Shown: positions 50,851 to 64,000 of the stretch, in pieces
Layout of the letters: each line of letters opens with the position of its first letter
Numbering within the stretch: the first letter of the stretch is position 1
DNA from: Haliotis cracherodii
Taxonomy: Eukaryota
DNA: 64,000 nucleotides
NCBI RefSeq assembly: GCF_022045235.1
Contig: NW_027266266.1
Location: forward strand, 5,084,001 to 5,148,000
Direction of reading: 5' to 3'
Notes under the pieces: generated by a model
Told to the model about the DNA's origin: nothing
The model's input: the letters and a program-made list of their open reading frames with translations, nothing else
The model's database searches: none
Program-made: the position numbers and the translations under genes

Positions 50851-51689
50851 GGAATCCAATTTTGTTCAAAATCACACTCAAATACACTCGGCACAGGGAT
50901 AAGTTACAACATTTAGGTGGCAGCCTGAAGGTGAAGAGTACACCATTTCCAAGGCATACCGCCCAGGGCGCTCTCACAATTAGAAATAGGGGGCTCTTAT
51001 AAGAATATTATTCTGGCGGGAAAATACAGAGTTGAAAGATCGTCAATTTCGTGGTTTATGCTGACAGCTTGAATTTTTTATATACGACAGATATATTTTT
51101 CCAGAATTTAATTGCCCATAATTATGGGTGCAAATAACACACGAGTGCGTATTATACACGAATAAATAAGTCCATAAATTGTGTACATTGATCAATCGGA
51201 AGGGGTGCTAATAGGGATTGTTCACTAGCCAATATATCAGCAAATATCGCTGTGGGCGGTTATTAGAGCGGGGCGTCAAATACGATAATAGTGTCAAAGT
51301 TGTGTTTCCTATTTTAATTATCTTTACACCAACATAACATCAATGCACGTAAAACTTAAAGGGAAATGAAAGTAGTTCTGAGTTTATGTGCTTCTAAAAA
51401 CACATAATAAAACAAATAATACATAATAACGGATATATTTTAGTTTAGTTTTAGAAATCTTTCGATATGACTAGCTCTTTAAACCACTGGATTGGAAATT
51501 AAATTTATCATGTGTGATGCCAAGACCATTCTTCTGTGACATGTGAAGACGTTTGATGACAGCTCTACTGATAACTGAAACCAGTTTCAATACATAGCCC
51601 AAGCATAATCACCACATGCACCAGCTTTGACCAATCCATCCCCATGTCGCCCAACCTCACTGTATACAACGTGATAACAAAGCTTCATT

Positions 51690-53490
51690 TAATCCGTACA
51701 GAGAGATATATTGCGGGGTCCAGCAAATGTACCACCAAATCCATGTCTCAAAAATAAGCCATTACACTGAACTCAATAAAAAAAGTTTTTTTTATATTCA
51801 CAAAAAGTATTTGAGTCAAGTGGAACCAATGCATTGTGGAATCCCATAAACTCACAAGATTTGCTGGACCACTTTTGCAATATCAGCACAAAACAGGTTC
51901 AATTCTGTGAAACCGTTTGATTCTTCAACTGCGTCCACCTCTAATCCCACTCGACAAACTAAAGGGAAATCTTTCTTCCTTAACCCATGGGGCATTTAGA
52001 AATAGTTCTTTTAATTCGACGCTAACACGATATACGGCTTCTCCATTGGACGAGAGGTCGGTCACATGACACATAAGTGTATGAACGGCACAATTTGGCG
52101 TTCATACGTCTATTTTTTACAAGACCGTGTTCTTGAAATGACGTAAACACTGACGGACTACTTACACATTCCTTGGGGAACCCCGAGGAAGTCCCTAGCT
52201 CAAATACACACAGAAGCGATCTTTCTGACCATTTGGACCCTTTAGTCTAGAACTCAGCGTTTTAATATTCATTGAGAAACGTCAGATGGTTTAAATGCAT
52301 GATTCGTTCTATGAATTTACCTTAGTGTCTATTTGACACATTTTAATCACTTTTCAATGATCGGCCCATTTGTTTAATGATGACTAAAGCATGTAACCGC
52401 CACAGGTTCATAAACCACTCGAAATCTCTTCCGTCACGTTTATCGTGTCGGCCACTTTGACATCTTGTACTTGATGTACATGTATTACGTATTGCATTGT
52501 CATTCTGACTGATTTACTGACGTAGCTCTTGACAGACCTTTCTCATCAAATGGTGATATTATTTGAATAATGTGTTGTGTCAAATGTTTCTGAAGAGCAA
52601 TGTGTGCATACATCCGCTAATGTCACCTCTCTCTTTGGGGAACTATTTTATTCCTCGATACAACTGGTTGTTGTATGGCTGTCAGTGTAAACATGAAGTC
52701 ACACGCACTAAATAAAATTGTGCATAGATCTAGGCCTGCATCCTTTGAGGTAACAAAATGTGATAAAAAAATGATAAGAATTGACTTTCACTTTGTGTGA
52801 GTCATTTCCTAACTAAAAGTCGTGACCAAAGATACAGTTGCAGATCTATCTTCAGAGGTTCAGGACAGTTTTTCAAAATTGAAAGCAAATGCCATCTGAA
52901 GTTTACTGAGAAAACAATATGTGATATGCAGGATTTCCTCATAAATAAAATCTATCTATGTATCTATGCATATCTAGGTAAGACATTTAAGCTAAAAGTA
53001 GGCATCCCCATGGACACCAAGGGTACTCCCCTTCCTGCTGATCTGTTATTTTCTCTATGCTATGAATCGGCATTTCTGCTCTGATTGGCAAAGTTAAACC
53101 AAGGTGATTAGGCCAAGAAGTTTAACTTAAGCTGCAAGTATAACGATGATCTGATATCGTTCAGTTACTTTCAAGGTGCCAATTCCCTTCCACTGATTTA
53201 CCAACCTGAACTAGAAATAAAGGAGACCAGTGAGACGGCATCGTGTTTCATATTTAGATCTATGCTAATAGATTGAGGATGATAAAAATCTATCCACAAG
53301 GCTGTATGACGAGAGGGATTACCCCAACTTTCCAACGGTCAACTTTCCCTTTATGTCAAAGAGTATTCGACCATCTCTTTTGTGGTGCAATCGATCATGC
53401 TCTTTCTACTAAGATTTCAAAGAGCGTCATACTACTCTCGATCAAAAGTTGTTTGATCAAGGTTACAAGGTTTTCTTCACTAGAGTGAGT
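51690..53490 (+). mobile_element. Penelope-like retroelement RT remnants (51690-51960 and 52800-53490)
   Basis: RYIAGSSKCTTKSMSQK, VGIPMDTKGTPLPADLLF, YNDDLI, IYQPELEIKET, STRLYDER, FDQGYK; many frameshifts. Confidence 0.7.
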
Positions 53491-53797
53491 AGTAGCAAGA
53501 ATATTCAATCCTGGGCAAGCAGTCAAACACTTTCATTTGTTTTGTTGTCTGGTTTAAAATCAAAGTATTGGAGTTACAAGTTTGTTGTTATGGTTGATGC
53601 ATTACTCAGTCACTCAGTCACCCATCTCACGCCTCTCTTATTCCTCTAACTGCCTTTGTATTATATATACTTTGTCAAATGTAAAACAAATTGGCTCAGG
53701 CACTGCCTCGTATCACATAAAAGTACAAAAGAAATACACAGAGCTGAGCGATCACATTACTTTATTCTGAAGACATACACGATGCTGTGGACAGCGT

Positions 53798-56700
53798 TTA
53801 AGGAGGGGTGGCAGTGGTGGTTGTCACAAGACCAGTTGACCGAAGGATGTAGAGATGCACAGTCCCCCACGAGGTGAAAAAAGTGAACTTATCACTTGCA
53901 GCTGGGGGAGGGGCTCCTGAAAAGTGGACATCATCATCAACATTCATCATTATCATTAAACAGATTCATCAACAACAACATCGTCATCAACAATCATCAT
54001 TATCATTGAACATCTTCATCAACAACATCCTAATTAACGATCATCATTATCATTAAACATATCCATCAACAACAGCAACATCATCACCAACAATCATTAT
54101 AGTCAATAAACACCACCATCAGTAACAATCATCATTATCATTAAACACCAATAAAAGTGAATAAAAGTCAGTAAATCGACATAATAAGCCCCTACAATAA
54201 TCCACATCATCATCTTTTCAAGTATTCATCAACATCATAAAGAATCAGCAGCAGCCACAAATTCATCTGCAAGAATCTCAACCATCACACGTGAATATCT
54301 TGACGCACTTACAAAATCGATGCTTCACAGGAAAATAAAGTATACTAAATAAATAAGACAAAACACTATTACCTGCGGCCATTTCGGTGGTCGCCACGTA
54401 GTTGTTTCTTCTGTCGGAACACTTCTTTTGAATGAAGGGATGTTTCAAATCGAAAGCACTTTGACTGGCTGCGTCCATGATAGCTCCATCTGTCTGGTAG
54501 CTTTTCTCCACAGTCGTGTTTAACAATTTCTGAAATTATGAAAGTAGTAAAGATTATATACCACAATAATGTTCGTTAAGACAGTTCACTTATCTGTCTT
54601 CAGAAGCAAGGCTTAAAGGTATCTGCTGTAGATAACATGTTGTGACGAACACAACATTATAAACACAACTTTTTAAGTCAGGAAATACTTGACAGTGTGC
54701 GTTACAGTTAACGCCGCACTATATTTCAGCTACCGTATTGGACGTAATAAGCGCCCCGCTCTAATAAGCGCCCAAGGCGATATTTGCTAATATATGACAA
54801 GTGAACAATCCCAATTAGCATCCCTTCCGATTGATCAATGTATACAAGACTTATTTACTCGTGTATAATACGCCCTCGTGTGTTATATGCACCCTTAATT
54901 ATGGGCAATTACATTCTGGAAAAATATATCTGTCGTATATAAACAGTTCAGACTGTCAGCATAAACCACGAAATTTATCTTTTAACTCTGTTTTTTTCAC
55001 CAAAATAATATTCTAATGAGAGCCCCAATTTCTAATTTTGAGAGCGCCCTGGGCGCTTACTACGTCGAATACGGTATACAACAGAGGCCTGAAAATAAAC
55101 TAGACCAGACAATACGAAGACCCACAATGAAACCTTGACATTGAACATCACCACCCGTTCCATCACGAGTGAGTGAGTGAGTGAGTGAGTGAGTTATGTG
55201 TAACATATTTCAGATGTGGGGGCCTTCTTTCTGAAGCATAAAAGAACATCGAACTAAATCATTTGTTGACATGTTTGCAAAAACAAGTGACTAATGTTTC
55301 ACCCTCACACCTATTTTATTTTAAACGCAGCCCCTTTGCCAAACCGCTGCTACTCATCCCCACCATCTGCCCCACCCAAACACTTTTCCACAAAGCTGTA
55401 TCCGAGTGTGGCTATTACTTACAAGCGCCTGCAAAGCGGTGCTTGTTGCACTGAAGGTACCGATAAGGGCAGGGGTGACGTCGAGAAGGAAGCACGTTCT
55501 ACCAACATCCCCTCGAAGCTTTGTTGCGACCATAGCCTGAAAATAAATAACAAACAGAAGATGTTTACCTACAGATTAGGGATTGGAAGAGACGTGTCAC
55601 ATTCAATGAGTGAACATATGGTTGTGACCGTGACAGTATATTCCAGCAGCATTAATGATCGAGTGAAACGATACACAACGAAGCAAATAACAGTTAATCT
55701 TCACTGGTTGGCTCATACGACAAGAATTGAACTGGGGATATTCTTCACGAAATCAGGACACGCCGCGCCCTCTGATCCAAATTCAGAATAGCAAATAATT
55801 TTTTTCTTTCAGTGATCTACTAAACGTATTGTCAGTTCGTGGTGTTATACTGCAGTGTAATTTATTGTTAATCAGTGTTGTATTATATTGTTTCCGCTGC
55901 GATTCAGCAGAAGTTCATAGCATTATGTTTTGACAATAATTGGTTGTCTGGAATGTGACACTATTTAATGTAAGCAGTGGTGTGGAAGTTACTATATTTA
56001 GACGCTTTTTGGAGTTACAACATCTGGGGTAATCTAGCATAGAACAGAACCTTCCAGGAGGTTTTTAGACAATATTATGGGGCACGAGAATGTCTCTATC
56101 ATCTGACATTACATGTCATATTACATCAAGATCAGCTGTTGTCTGAAGATAGTATTTTTAGCCTGGATATCTATTTTGTAAGCTTGACCCCTGTTGCTAC
56201 TAGCCAAATATTATCATCACTGAATTTCTGCTTTCACCACCACTATTGTATTAAATGCTGCCATTGTAATTCTACTGCCATTGATCTTTGTACTGCCACT
56301 CTAATGTGTACGGCCATTGTAATAACTTTGTAGGAATTTGTATTGATTTGTAAACCTATTTAATTTTAATATACAATTGTATGTCATTTCCTTATTGTTT
56401 GTTGGTTTTACATTGAATACTTTTACGCATAGATTTCTGTGTTAGCGTATTGTTTTAATTTTGAATTCGACACATAACAGTGGAAGTAAAAAAAAAAGGA
56501 ATCAACAAAAAATGTTTTGGAAAAACGTCAAAGGCTTGATTCCCTTCCCTTACTGTTTCATATTGAAGTTTGGAATCACTTAAATGAGTTAAAAGAATCG
56601 TTGGTAAGAATACAAACAACAACAAAAACTTTTATGTATTTAATCTTATTTCACATCTTTGAATTTTTGGTAATTAAAACCAACGCCTTACACTGCTGTA

Positions 56701-58154
56701 ATCTGTGTAGGTGCGGCTCCTAGCGATGCCAGTTCCGACCAGGTCACTGCTTCTGGAGCTAAAGCTGATGCCGGAATCAGCATTCCATATGTACGCACTC
56801 TGTTTGACTTCAAGCGAGTCGCTGACTACCCGCAACCACTCCGCCCTTATGGAGCTTTTCTGAAACAAGGTTATTTTACGTAAGTGTTAGTTTACACTGT
56901 TGTCATCAGTTTATTTCTCCGAATAACCACCAACGGTGCTACAAGAGTTTATCACCCAAAACTGACTCCCACCGGAGATTGCGTTTGGGTGAGATCAAGC
57001 GATATCTACATTGTAGATATCGCTGCAATGAAATGGCATCACAATGCTTTGCAGACCATTGTGATGTCATTGGTTATCACTAATAGCTCTGGTACTGAAG
57101 CTGTTAGAAGTACTTTTTACACTTAAGACACTGCTTATTAATGTCCACAAACTGTAAAAGTTGGAAGAGTGATGTTGGATGATTAATAAAATCTCACCCT
57201 CGTGTCTTTTGATATCAAATATATCAACACTCGTTGATAAAAGTGGAAAATCGCCTCGGCAAGCCTCAGGGCTTTTTCCACTTTTATCACGCTCTCTCTC
57301 TATACAACATATACTATGTATTCAATGAGGATGAAGATAGTAACATGCTTAAATGAGTGAGTGAGTTACAATTTAACGACGCATCGGCATTATTTCAGCC
57401 ATACAGCGACCAATAAGTGATTTAGCCACTTCAACATAATGAATGTATTTAAATGTTCAATAAATCTGGACAGATGTTTCAGAGCGGATGAAAATTTAGG
57501 TGATAATGTTTCACGTAATTTACACATTTTTGGACAGATATAACAATTCTTTGGGATATAAACAGCCATACCCACAGCACTCTGTATATAGTCGTGTCTG
57601 TGACAGGCAAGCTAAACACGCCGTCACGAGGACATGCTCATGATATTAATCACTGGATTGTCTGGTCCTGACTCGATTATTTACAGACCGCCGTCATATA
57701 GCTGGAATATTGCTCAGTGCGGCGTTAAACAACAAACCAAAAAAATCCTTCAGTATACGACCGCCTCCGTGGTCTAGTGGTAGAGCGTCCGCCCAAAGAG
57801 CGGAAGGTCCGGGGTTCAATCCCCGACCGCGACTTACCAAACAACGTTAAAAAAGGATACTTGTTGTGACCCTGTCTGGCCCTCGGCATTAAATGGGCTA
57901 AACCAAGGACTGGTCGGTCAGTAAACTGTGTCTGAGCGGAGTATTCATGTTAAACTGCGGTATGGTATCTCAGTGAGCACACACACGCTATATAATTGCA
58001 ATAATCTTGGACGCGTCGTTAAACCCCATTTCACCTCACCTCCTTCTGTATACTCTGCATTATCTAGCACGCTAAGACTTACCTGTCCCGGCCACTGTGT
58101 ACAACCATTTGCCACCAGACTCACGAATACCGCGAGGCAGGGGAAGTAACTCAT
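53798..58154 (-). CDS. Secreted BRICHOS-like protein, paralog C, 209 aa. Exons: 58154-58083, 56859-56692, 55536-55423, 54529-54373, 53916-53798
   Basis: GT-AG introns, phases 0,0,0,1, 630 nt open frame. MSYFPCLAVFVSLVANGCTQWPGQ / KSSIRAEWLRVV...YTDYSS / AMVATKLRGDVGRTCFLL...LQAL / KLLNTTVEK...HPFIQKKCSDRRNNYVATTEMAA / GAPPPAASDKFTFFTSWGTVHLYILRSTGLVTTTTATPP-stop. AATAAA on the minus strand at 53761-53766, about 30 nt after the stop. Confidence 0.85.
53928..54270. repeat. Degenerate (CAT/CAA)n low-complexity tract in intron 4 of paralog C
   Basis: Direct reading. Confidence 0.8.
54733..55074. mobile_element. pogo/Tigger-like MITE; inverted partial copy at 50958-51290
   Basis: TA-CCGTATTGGACGTAATAAGCGCCC ... 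GGGCGCTTACTACGTCGAATACGG-TA. Confidence 0.85.
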
Positions 58155-58245
58155 GATGTCCAAGCGTTTTGCCAACCGGTAGATAAAATCAGAACTTCTC
58201 AAGTGGTTGTCGATGTCAGCTGATGTGACACAACATGGACTGCTC

Positions 58246-58252
58246 TTTTATA
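58246..58252 (-). promoter_or_regulatory. TATA box of paralog C
   Basis: TATAAAA on the minus strand about 90 nt upstream of the ATG at 58154. Confidence 0.5.
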
Positions 58253-60799
58253 TTGTTTAAATGCGTCACTGATTTAGTCCTTGTCACGAATGTCATTGGA
58301 AATGTGACAGACAAGAGCGAATAAAACAACAAGAATATCATTTGAAATAATTCCCATGTCTTATTTTTAACGACAACTGGTCTATATTTTAACCTACAGG
58401 AATTAGCACGGCTCATCGTATGTTCAGCGTATGTTGGGGGAAAAAACATATGCTAAACATAACGGAACCCTGAATCTTGCTGACAAATGATGTGTTCCAG
58501 ATGTTTGCACACGTGACCGGGAGGTTGATTACATGTACATAAATTAACGTATTTCATAAGATTCACATGGAAACATCAGTTACATAAAGTAATACATGAT
58601 TCATCTCATGCAACTTATGAAACGTATATATTTTGAAACTTTGGGCAGCTTGATAACATTAATATAAATTTAGGTAATTGATGACATGATACACCATATG
58701 TATTACAATTCAAACAGTTCAGTAATTAAGAACAACTTTATACGATCTAGCGGCCCAGACGTTTACAAAAAAACACAATTCGATGTTCGGAGTTGCGTCC
58801 CTTTGGCATGCAAAAGACCTATCATCATGAGTTCGATTCCCGGTCGCCCTTGATTATGTTACCAGGTTGTCAGCACCGTATCGTGTGTCCGTCAGTCAAG
58901 TCCTAAATCACCGATATTAGCAAAGCAAATGAATCCTGTCCAAATAGGTGTTAATTCATATTCACAAATTTACACGGAGACGTACTGATTCCATGGTCCT
59001 ATATTTACTGGATCAGGCCCTGTTACATTATTAATGAATGTACATTATCAATTGACATATGATAATGTGGACCAAATGACTGTGCGGGTTAACTAGCCTG
59101 TAGTCTGACATTTATCACATCAAACCAGGGAAGCTTTCAGTCGTTTTCATGCGAATTGGGATAAACACTCAAATTGTCTTGCTTAAGTTAAACATTAAAA
59201 TGAAGAAAAAACCGTCAGAGCTTCATGTAAGTGTTTAATTATAAGGAAGCCTAATGGTGCCCCTTTCTTGGCATAATTTTATTTTTCCTAAATCTAAATA
59301 TCTTGTTACATCAATCATTTTCCCGAAATTTCGAGTTCTTTCTCGTGACTTCGAGTTTTTCTCGTGACTTCGATTATTTTCTCGTAATTTCAATTTTCGT
59401 CTCTCGTTTAATACAACACTACGAACAAGTAATTGACATGTGAATAGAATAAACACATATGGCTTTACACTTGCAAACTTAAGAAATCTTAATTGAGACT
59501 GTACTCTAATGTTCTAAATATTGTCAGTCATGAAAAAATTACATTAAAAATGTCACGAATACAATATATACTAAAAACTCGATATGATCTACTTGCCTCA
59601 GAATAGCGAGCGTGACACTGACCAAGGCGGAATTCGAAGTGAGGAGTGTCACGTGGTCTCAACGCCGAATATAGGACTATAGGACACCCCTTCTCTCCGC
59701 CACTCCCACGTGCAGTCGCTGTTTTCTTATCTTCGGGCCCATGTTACTAATTAAGTTAGTAGAATTTGCTGAACTATTTTTTAGAGCATGAAATCACAAA
59801 CATTGTATTTGTATCCATTTTTCACCCTTCCAAACAACACAGAAAGATAGATCTAGAAAATCCAAAATGTCTTCGCTCGTATTCCGTCTAAAGTTAAAAA
59901 AGTCCTCAGAATGATTTTTCCTGACGGTGCAATGTTTTCCCTACCACTAGCACGATCCGCCGAATCCGACATTTTGGCAAAGAAAGTACACTGCTTCAAC
60001 TGATACACTGTAATAGTGACTCTTACTCAGAGAAATGCTAGAATAATATAACAATATTACATCACATAATCCGAAATTAAACGACGACCTTCGAATGGAA
60101 TTGAAAAAGTAAAACATGTTTATAATATATGAATAAGTTCATATTCATGAAATTTCATATTTTTTGCCAGGTTTTATTTGAAATGGGTTTGAGGTAAACA
60201 AAATGTGTTTTTATTTCAATTATTTTAACCTGATGTTTCCGAAATACATGAACGTCCATCTGATGCAGCAACTGCCTTTTTTAGAACATTAATGTCCATC
60301 AGCCATGGCAACTGCGTTTTGTGTACGTATATGTCCCTCTGGCACAGCAGCTGCGTTTAATGTAGGAACAAACATGTTGGATGTCACAGGTCAGCTGTAA
60401 GGACGTCCAAATCAGGTCACGTGATGTAGCTCTCATGCGAAAACGAAATTATTAATTAAAGACCAAAGTCTTACACGAGTGCAGATTATTCGCCGTACTT
60501 CGTGGTACTTGACTCAGCCTTTAGACGTCAGATTATTCAAATGTAATATAATGCACGTCGTTAGAAACCTGTCCAAAATCCACAACAGTTTTAGATTCAC
60601 GACAGTTTTTGTAATTAATTAGTTCTTACAGATTATCTTAAGGGGTTGGTTAATGTCTGATCAAACGGATATATTTAAAGTTCTGTGCTGCGTATTTTTG
60701 ATTACATTACTTGGAGGACTATTTGTTAATCCGTCTCATGAAAAGAACATAAGTAAGAATGTAAGTAGTGCTTAACCCACTGGATGCCATTTGGACATA

Positions 60800-61160
60800 T
60801 ACTGACCGCAAAAGAAACGTCACCCCAAGTAGCATTGCAAGTTGTCATTTAGATATCTGGGTAATTTTTGTCAAAGTTTCTAAAATTAAACATTACTTTG
60901 TCCAAAGAAATGAAATTTGATGATAAAAAAAGTAGATGACAATAAAACCGATCGCCCAAACGCATCACGGCAACGGCCATGGTAACCCGATGCACGTGAG
61001 TTCCGTGCAAATTGTAATGCACATGTGTTCCCCCATTTCTTGCCCTATAAAAATCCACCCAGATCGGATAACATTTATTCGTTATTGAATTGCTACCACA
61101 TGCCAAGATTGACAATATACCGACACCAAGCCCTTGGACAAACCGCCCGGCAAGCAGCCA
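60800..61160 (+). mobile_element. 5' fragment of a Tc1-like element
   Basis: TIR-like TACTGACCGCAAAAGAAAC resembles the 35004 TIR; TATAAAA near 61046; ATG at 61100 reads MPRLTIYRHQALGQ, like the 23216 transposase start. Confidence 0.5.
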
Positions 61161-61244
61161 ATGCAGAAGGGGGCATATATGTCAGGTTAAAATAATGTTA
61201 GTAAAGACCATCCTGATCACCCCAAGCCTTTATCAAATGCTCAG

Positions 61245-61610
61245 GTACTCGTCTCACGTCACAGCCTCACTCATCTTACACGTTTCGGTCATTCATCTCA
61301 TATCATTCAGTCACTCGTCTCACGTCACTCGGCCATTCGTCTAACGCCACTCAGTCACTCGTCTCACATCACACGTCTCACATCACTCAGCCACTCGTCT
61401 CACGTCACTCAGTCACTCGTCTCACATCACACGTCTCACATCACTCAGTCACTCGTCTCACGTCACTCAGTCACTCGTCTCACATCACACGTCTTACCTT
61501 ATTCAGTCATTTATCTCCCATCACACAGTGCCAGTTCACAGGGTCTCTGATCTCACCTAACTAAGTCATTCATCTCTCCCTACATACCCTCATCTTACAT
61601 CACACACCTA
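61245..61610. repeat. CACTCAGTCACTCGTCTCAC(G/A)T minisatellite, resuming at 63530-63600
   Basis: Same unit on both sides of the nested SINE/Tc1 insertion. Confidence 0.8.
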
Positions 61611-61747
61611 TCATTCGGTCGGGTTAGAATCGATTGTTTGTTGTTTAACACAGCATACGAGGGCATACATCAACCCAGTCACCGAAACTTACCACCCTGT
61701 CCCCGTTAGTCGCCTATTTACGACAAGCATCGGTTGCTGAAGACCTA

Positions 61748-63289
61748 TACTACTCAAAATTTGATAAGGATCGTAGATATTTTTCTTAATAAAAAAACAA
61801 AATAACTGCATAACTGGCAATATTGCGTTCAAGTGAAATCAAAAACGTCTCCAACACACTTGCACGTGCATTTCATGCCATGGGAAATGCGTTTCACATC
61901 ACAGTTCATGCTTTTGCTACCATTGCACGATTTCCAATCAGGCAACGGTGTCTGATTCATTCTGAAACTTTAAACTCAATTGAGTGTTTACACTACGTTT
62001 ATCTACGCAATGCCCCCTCAACGTGTAAGGCGTCGCCTGACGACAGAACAACTGGGCAGATGTATTGGAATGCTTGATGCTGGCTATTCACAACGTGACG
62101 TTGCCAATGCACTAAACGTCAGCCAGAGCGTTGTAAGCAGGGCCTGGTCCCGACAGCAAACTTTTGGTACAGCAGCACACCGACATGGGGGTGGTCGTCA
62201 GAGGTCGACAACCCAACGCCAAGATCATTTTGTGGCTCTTCAGGCACGACGTCATCCCTTCTGGACAGCAACCAGCCTACGTAACGACCTCCTGAGCGCT
62301 TCGGGGGTGATGTGTCCACTCAGACGATACGGAATCGTCTTCACAATGCAGGTCGCTACTCGAGAAGGGCATGTGTCCGAATCCCCCTGACTGTTCGACA
62401 CCGGCGGGAGCGATTGGAATGGGCTGAAGATCATGTCACTTGGACACGGAACGATTGGGTTCAAGTTCTGTTCACCGATGAGTCCAGGTATTGTTTGGAC
62501 TTTACAGACAGGAGGCAGCGGGTGTGGTGACGACAACGTGAACGTTTCCATGATGCCAACATCAGTGAACATGACCGTTATGGTGGTGGTTCCATCATGG
62601 TCTGGGGTGGAATCAACAGAGATGGAAGGACAGATCTTCATGTCCTGGAGAGAGGAACAATGACGGGGGTGAGGTACCGGGATGAGATCCTCGATGTGTA
62701 CGTCAGACCCTACGCTGGTGCTGTTGGCCATGAGTTCATCCTGATGGGTGATAACGCCCGTCCTCATCGCGCCAGGGTGGTTGAGCAGTACCTTGAGCAG
62801 GAGACAATTGTCCGCATGGATTGGCCAGCGCGTTCGCCGGACTTGAACCCGATTGAGCATGTCTGGAACATGCTGCAGGTTGCCCTTTCACGCCGTAGAG
62901 CACAACCCACGACTTTGGCAGAGCTCGGACATGCCCTGGTGGAAGAGTGGAACAACCTTCCCATTGGGAACATCGGGGTGCTTATTGACAGTATATCTCG
63001 ACGTTGTCAGGCCGTCATTGATGCAAGGGGAGGTCATACTCGATATTGACACTTCATCGACTAAGTGTAATGATGGACTATCCCTCATAACTGTGTAATT
63101 CTTTCTCTTGTTTGCTGTTAACATTTTTTAATGAAATGCCTTTTGGTGTTGATACAAGTTCATGCCGTTCATGAATTTTCATTCATAACATGATTAAACA
63201 CGTTTCTGAGTCAGAGTCATGTCTTTTGTTATGTTTGTGGTAACTTACACACATATCACCTAGTGATCCTTATCAAATTTTGAGTAGTA
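61748..63289 (+). mobile_element. Full-length Tc1-family (DD34E) DNA transposon; transposase 62010-63049 has two lesions
   Basis: Perfect 25-bp TIRs TACTACTCAAAATTTGATAAGGATC, TA target duplication (61746-47, 63290-91). LFTDES, MVWGGI, GDNARPH, SPDLNPIEH with 34 residues between D and E. Frameshift near 62310 and TGA at 62528-62530. Confidence 0.95.
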
Positions 63290-64000
63290 TATTTTAACCA
63301 GGGTCTTCAAAGGTTCTTCAACGATCCATGTTTGTCGTAAGAGGCGACTAACGGGATCGGATGGTCAGTTTCGCTGATTTCGTTGGTGCATGTCATCTGA
63401 TCCCAGTTGTGTGGATCGATACTCACGATATCAGTCACTGGATTGTCTTGCCCAGACTCGATTATTTACAGACCGCCGTCATTTCGATGGAATATTGCTG
63501 GGTGTGGCGTTAAACAACAAACAAACAAAAACATCACACACCTCGAATCACACAGTCACTCATCTCATATCACTCAGTCACTCATCTCACGCCACTTACT
63601 CGTCCAACTGCATTTGTAGTGGACATTGCAAGTTGTGTGAATTGCGGGTGTACCGGTAGGGCAGGACATACTTCTCCTTTTTCACCTTGATTTTCAATGA
63701 TCTATTCATATAATTTTCAAATCAATTTTGCCTTTTACACCCGACAGAATTTGTTTCTTCGGATAATCGCATATTCTCTAGGCAAGTGAGTTAACTGACT
63801 CTAAAAATCCAGTTTCCACCCTTGTCGAACTAGACTGGAGTTCCCGAGTTACAGTTTGGCTTGACTAACGAGTCTATGTATGGTCCAATGAAAATAGCGT
63901 AACGTACTAGACATCCTAGCCGTAAAACTCATGTATTTCAACGAGCAGACTTCGGTCGACTGCAGGATTTGCAAAGTATGTGTACCGTCAAATCGTCGTC

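Noticed and set aside
62252-62860. 202-aa minus-strand ORF and similar antisense ORFs over Tc1 and LINE sequence
   Set aside because: Shadows of transposase or RT coding strands.

Overview
Eukaryotic, AT-rich, repeat-dense invertebrate genomic DNA with two assembly gaps (N at 5324-5477 and 26473-26702). The repeat types suggest a mollusc, probably a gastropod such as abalone; this is inference only. The ORF track misses most real genes because they are spliced. By reading splice sites and frames I reconstructed four intact multi-exon genes. (1) A minus-strand type-I membrane protein of 432 aa: signal peptide, four atypical thrombospondin type-1 repeats, two short EGF-like modules, a TM helix and a tail with two YxxL motifs. 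(2-4) A cluster of three paralogous secreted proteins of 208, 191 and 209 aa with identical five-exon structure, a BRICHOS-like D/C/C signature and a cysteine-free C-terminal beta-hairpin. The rest is mobile DNA: four SINE-like families sharing a 3' tail (one has a structured, non-tRNA 5' end that may be a ribozyme) plus a single copy of a fifth, six Tc1/mariner remnants, a near-intact two-ORF LINE nested in a MITE, Penelope-like and L1/Tx1-like fragments, several MITEs, and minisatellites, two of which derive from SINE pieces. Domain names come from motif recognition, not database searches.
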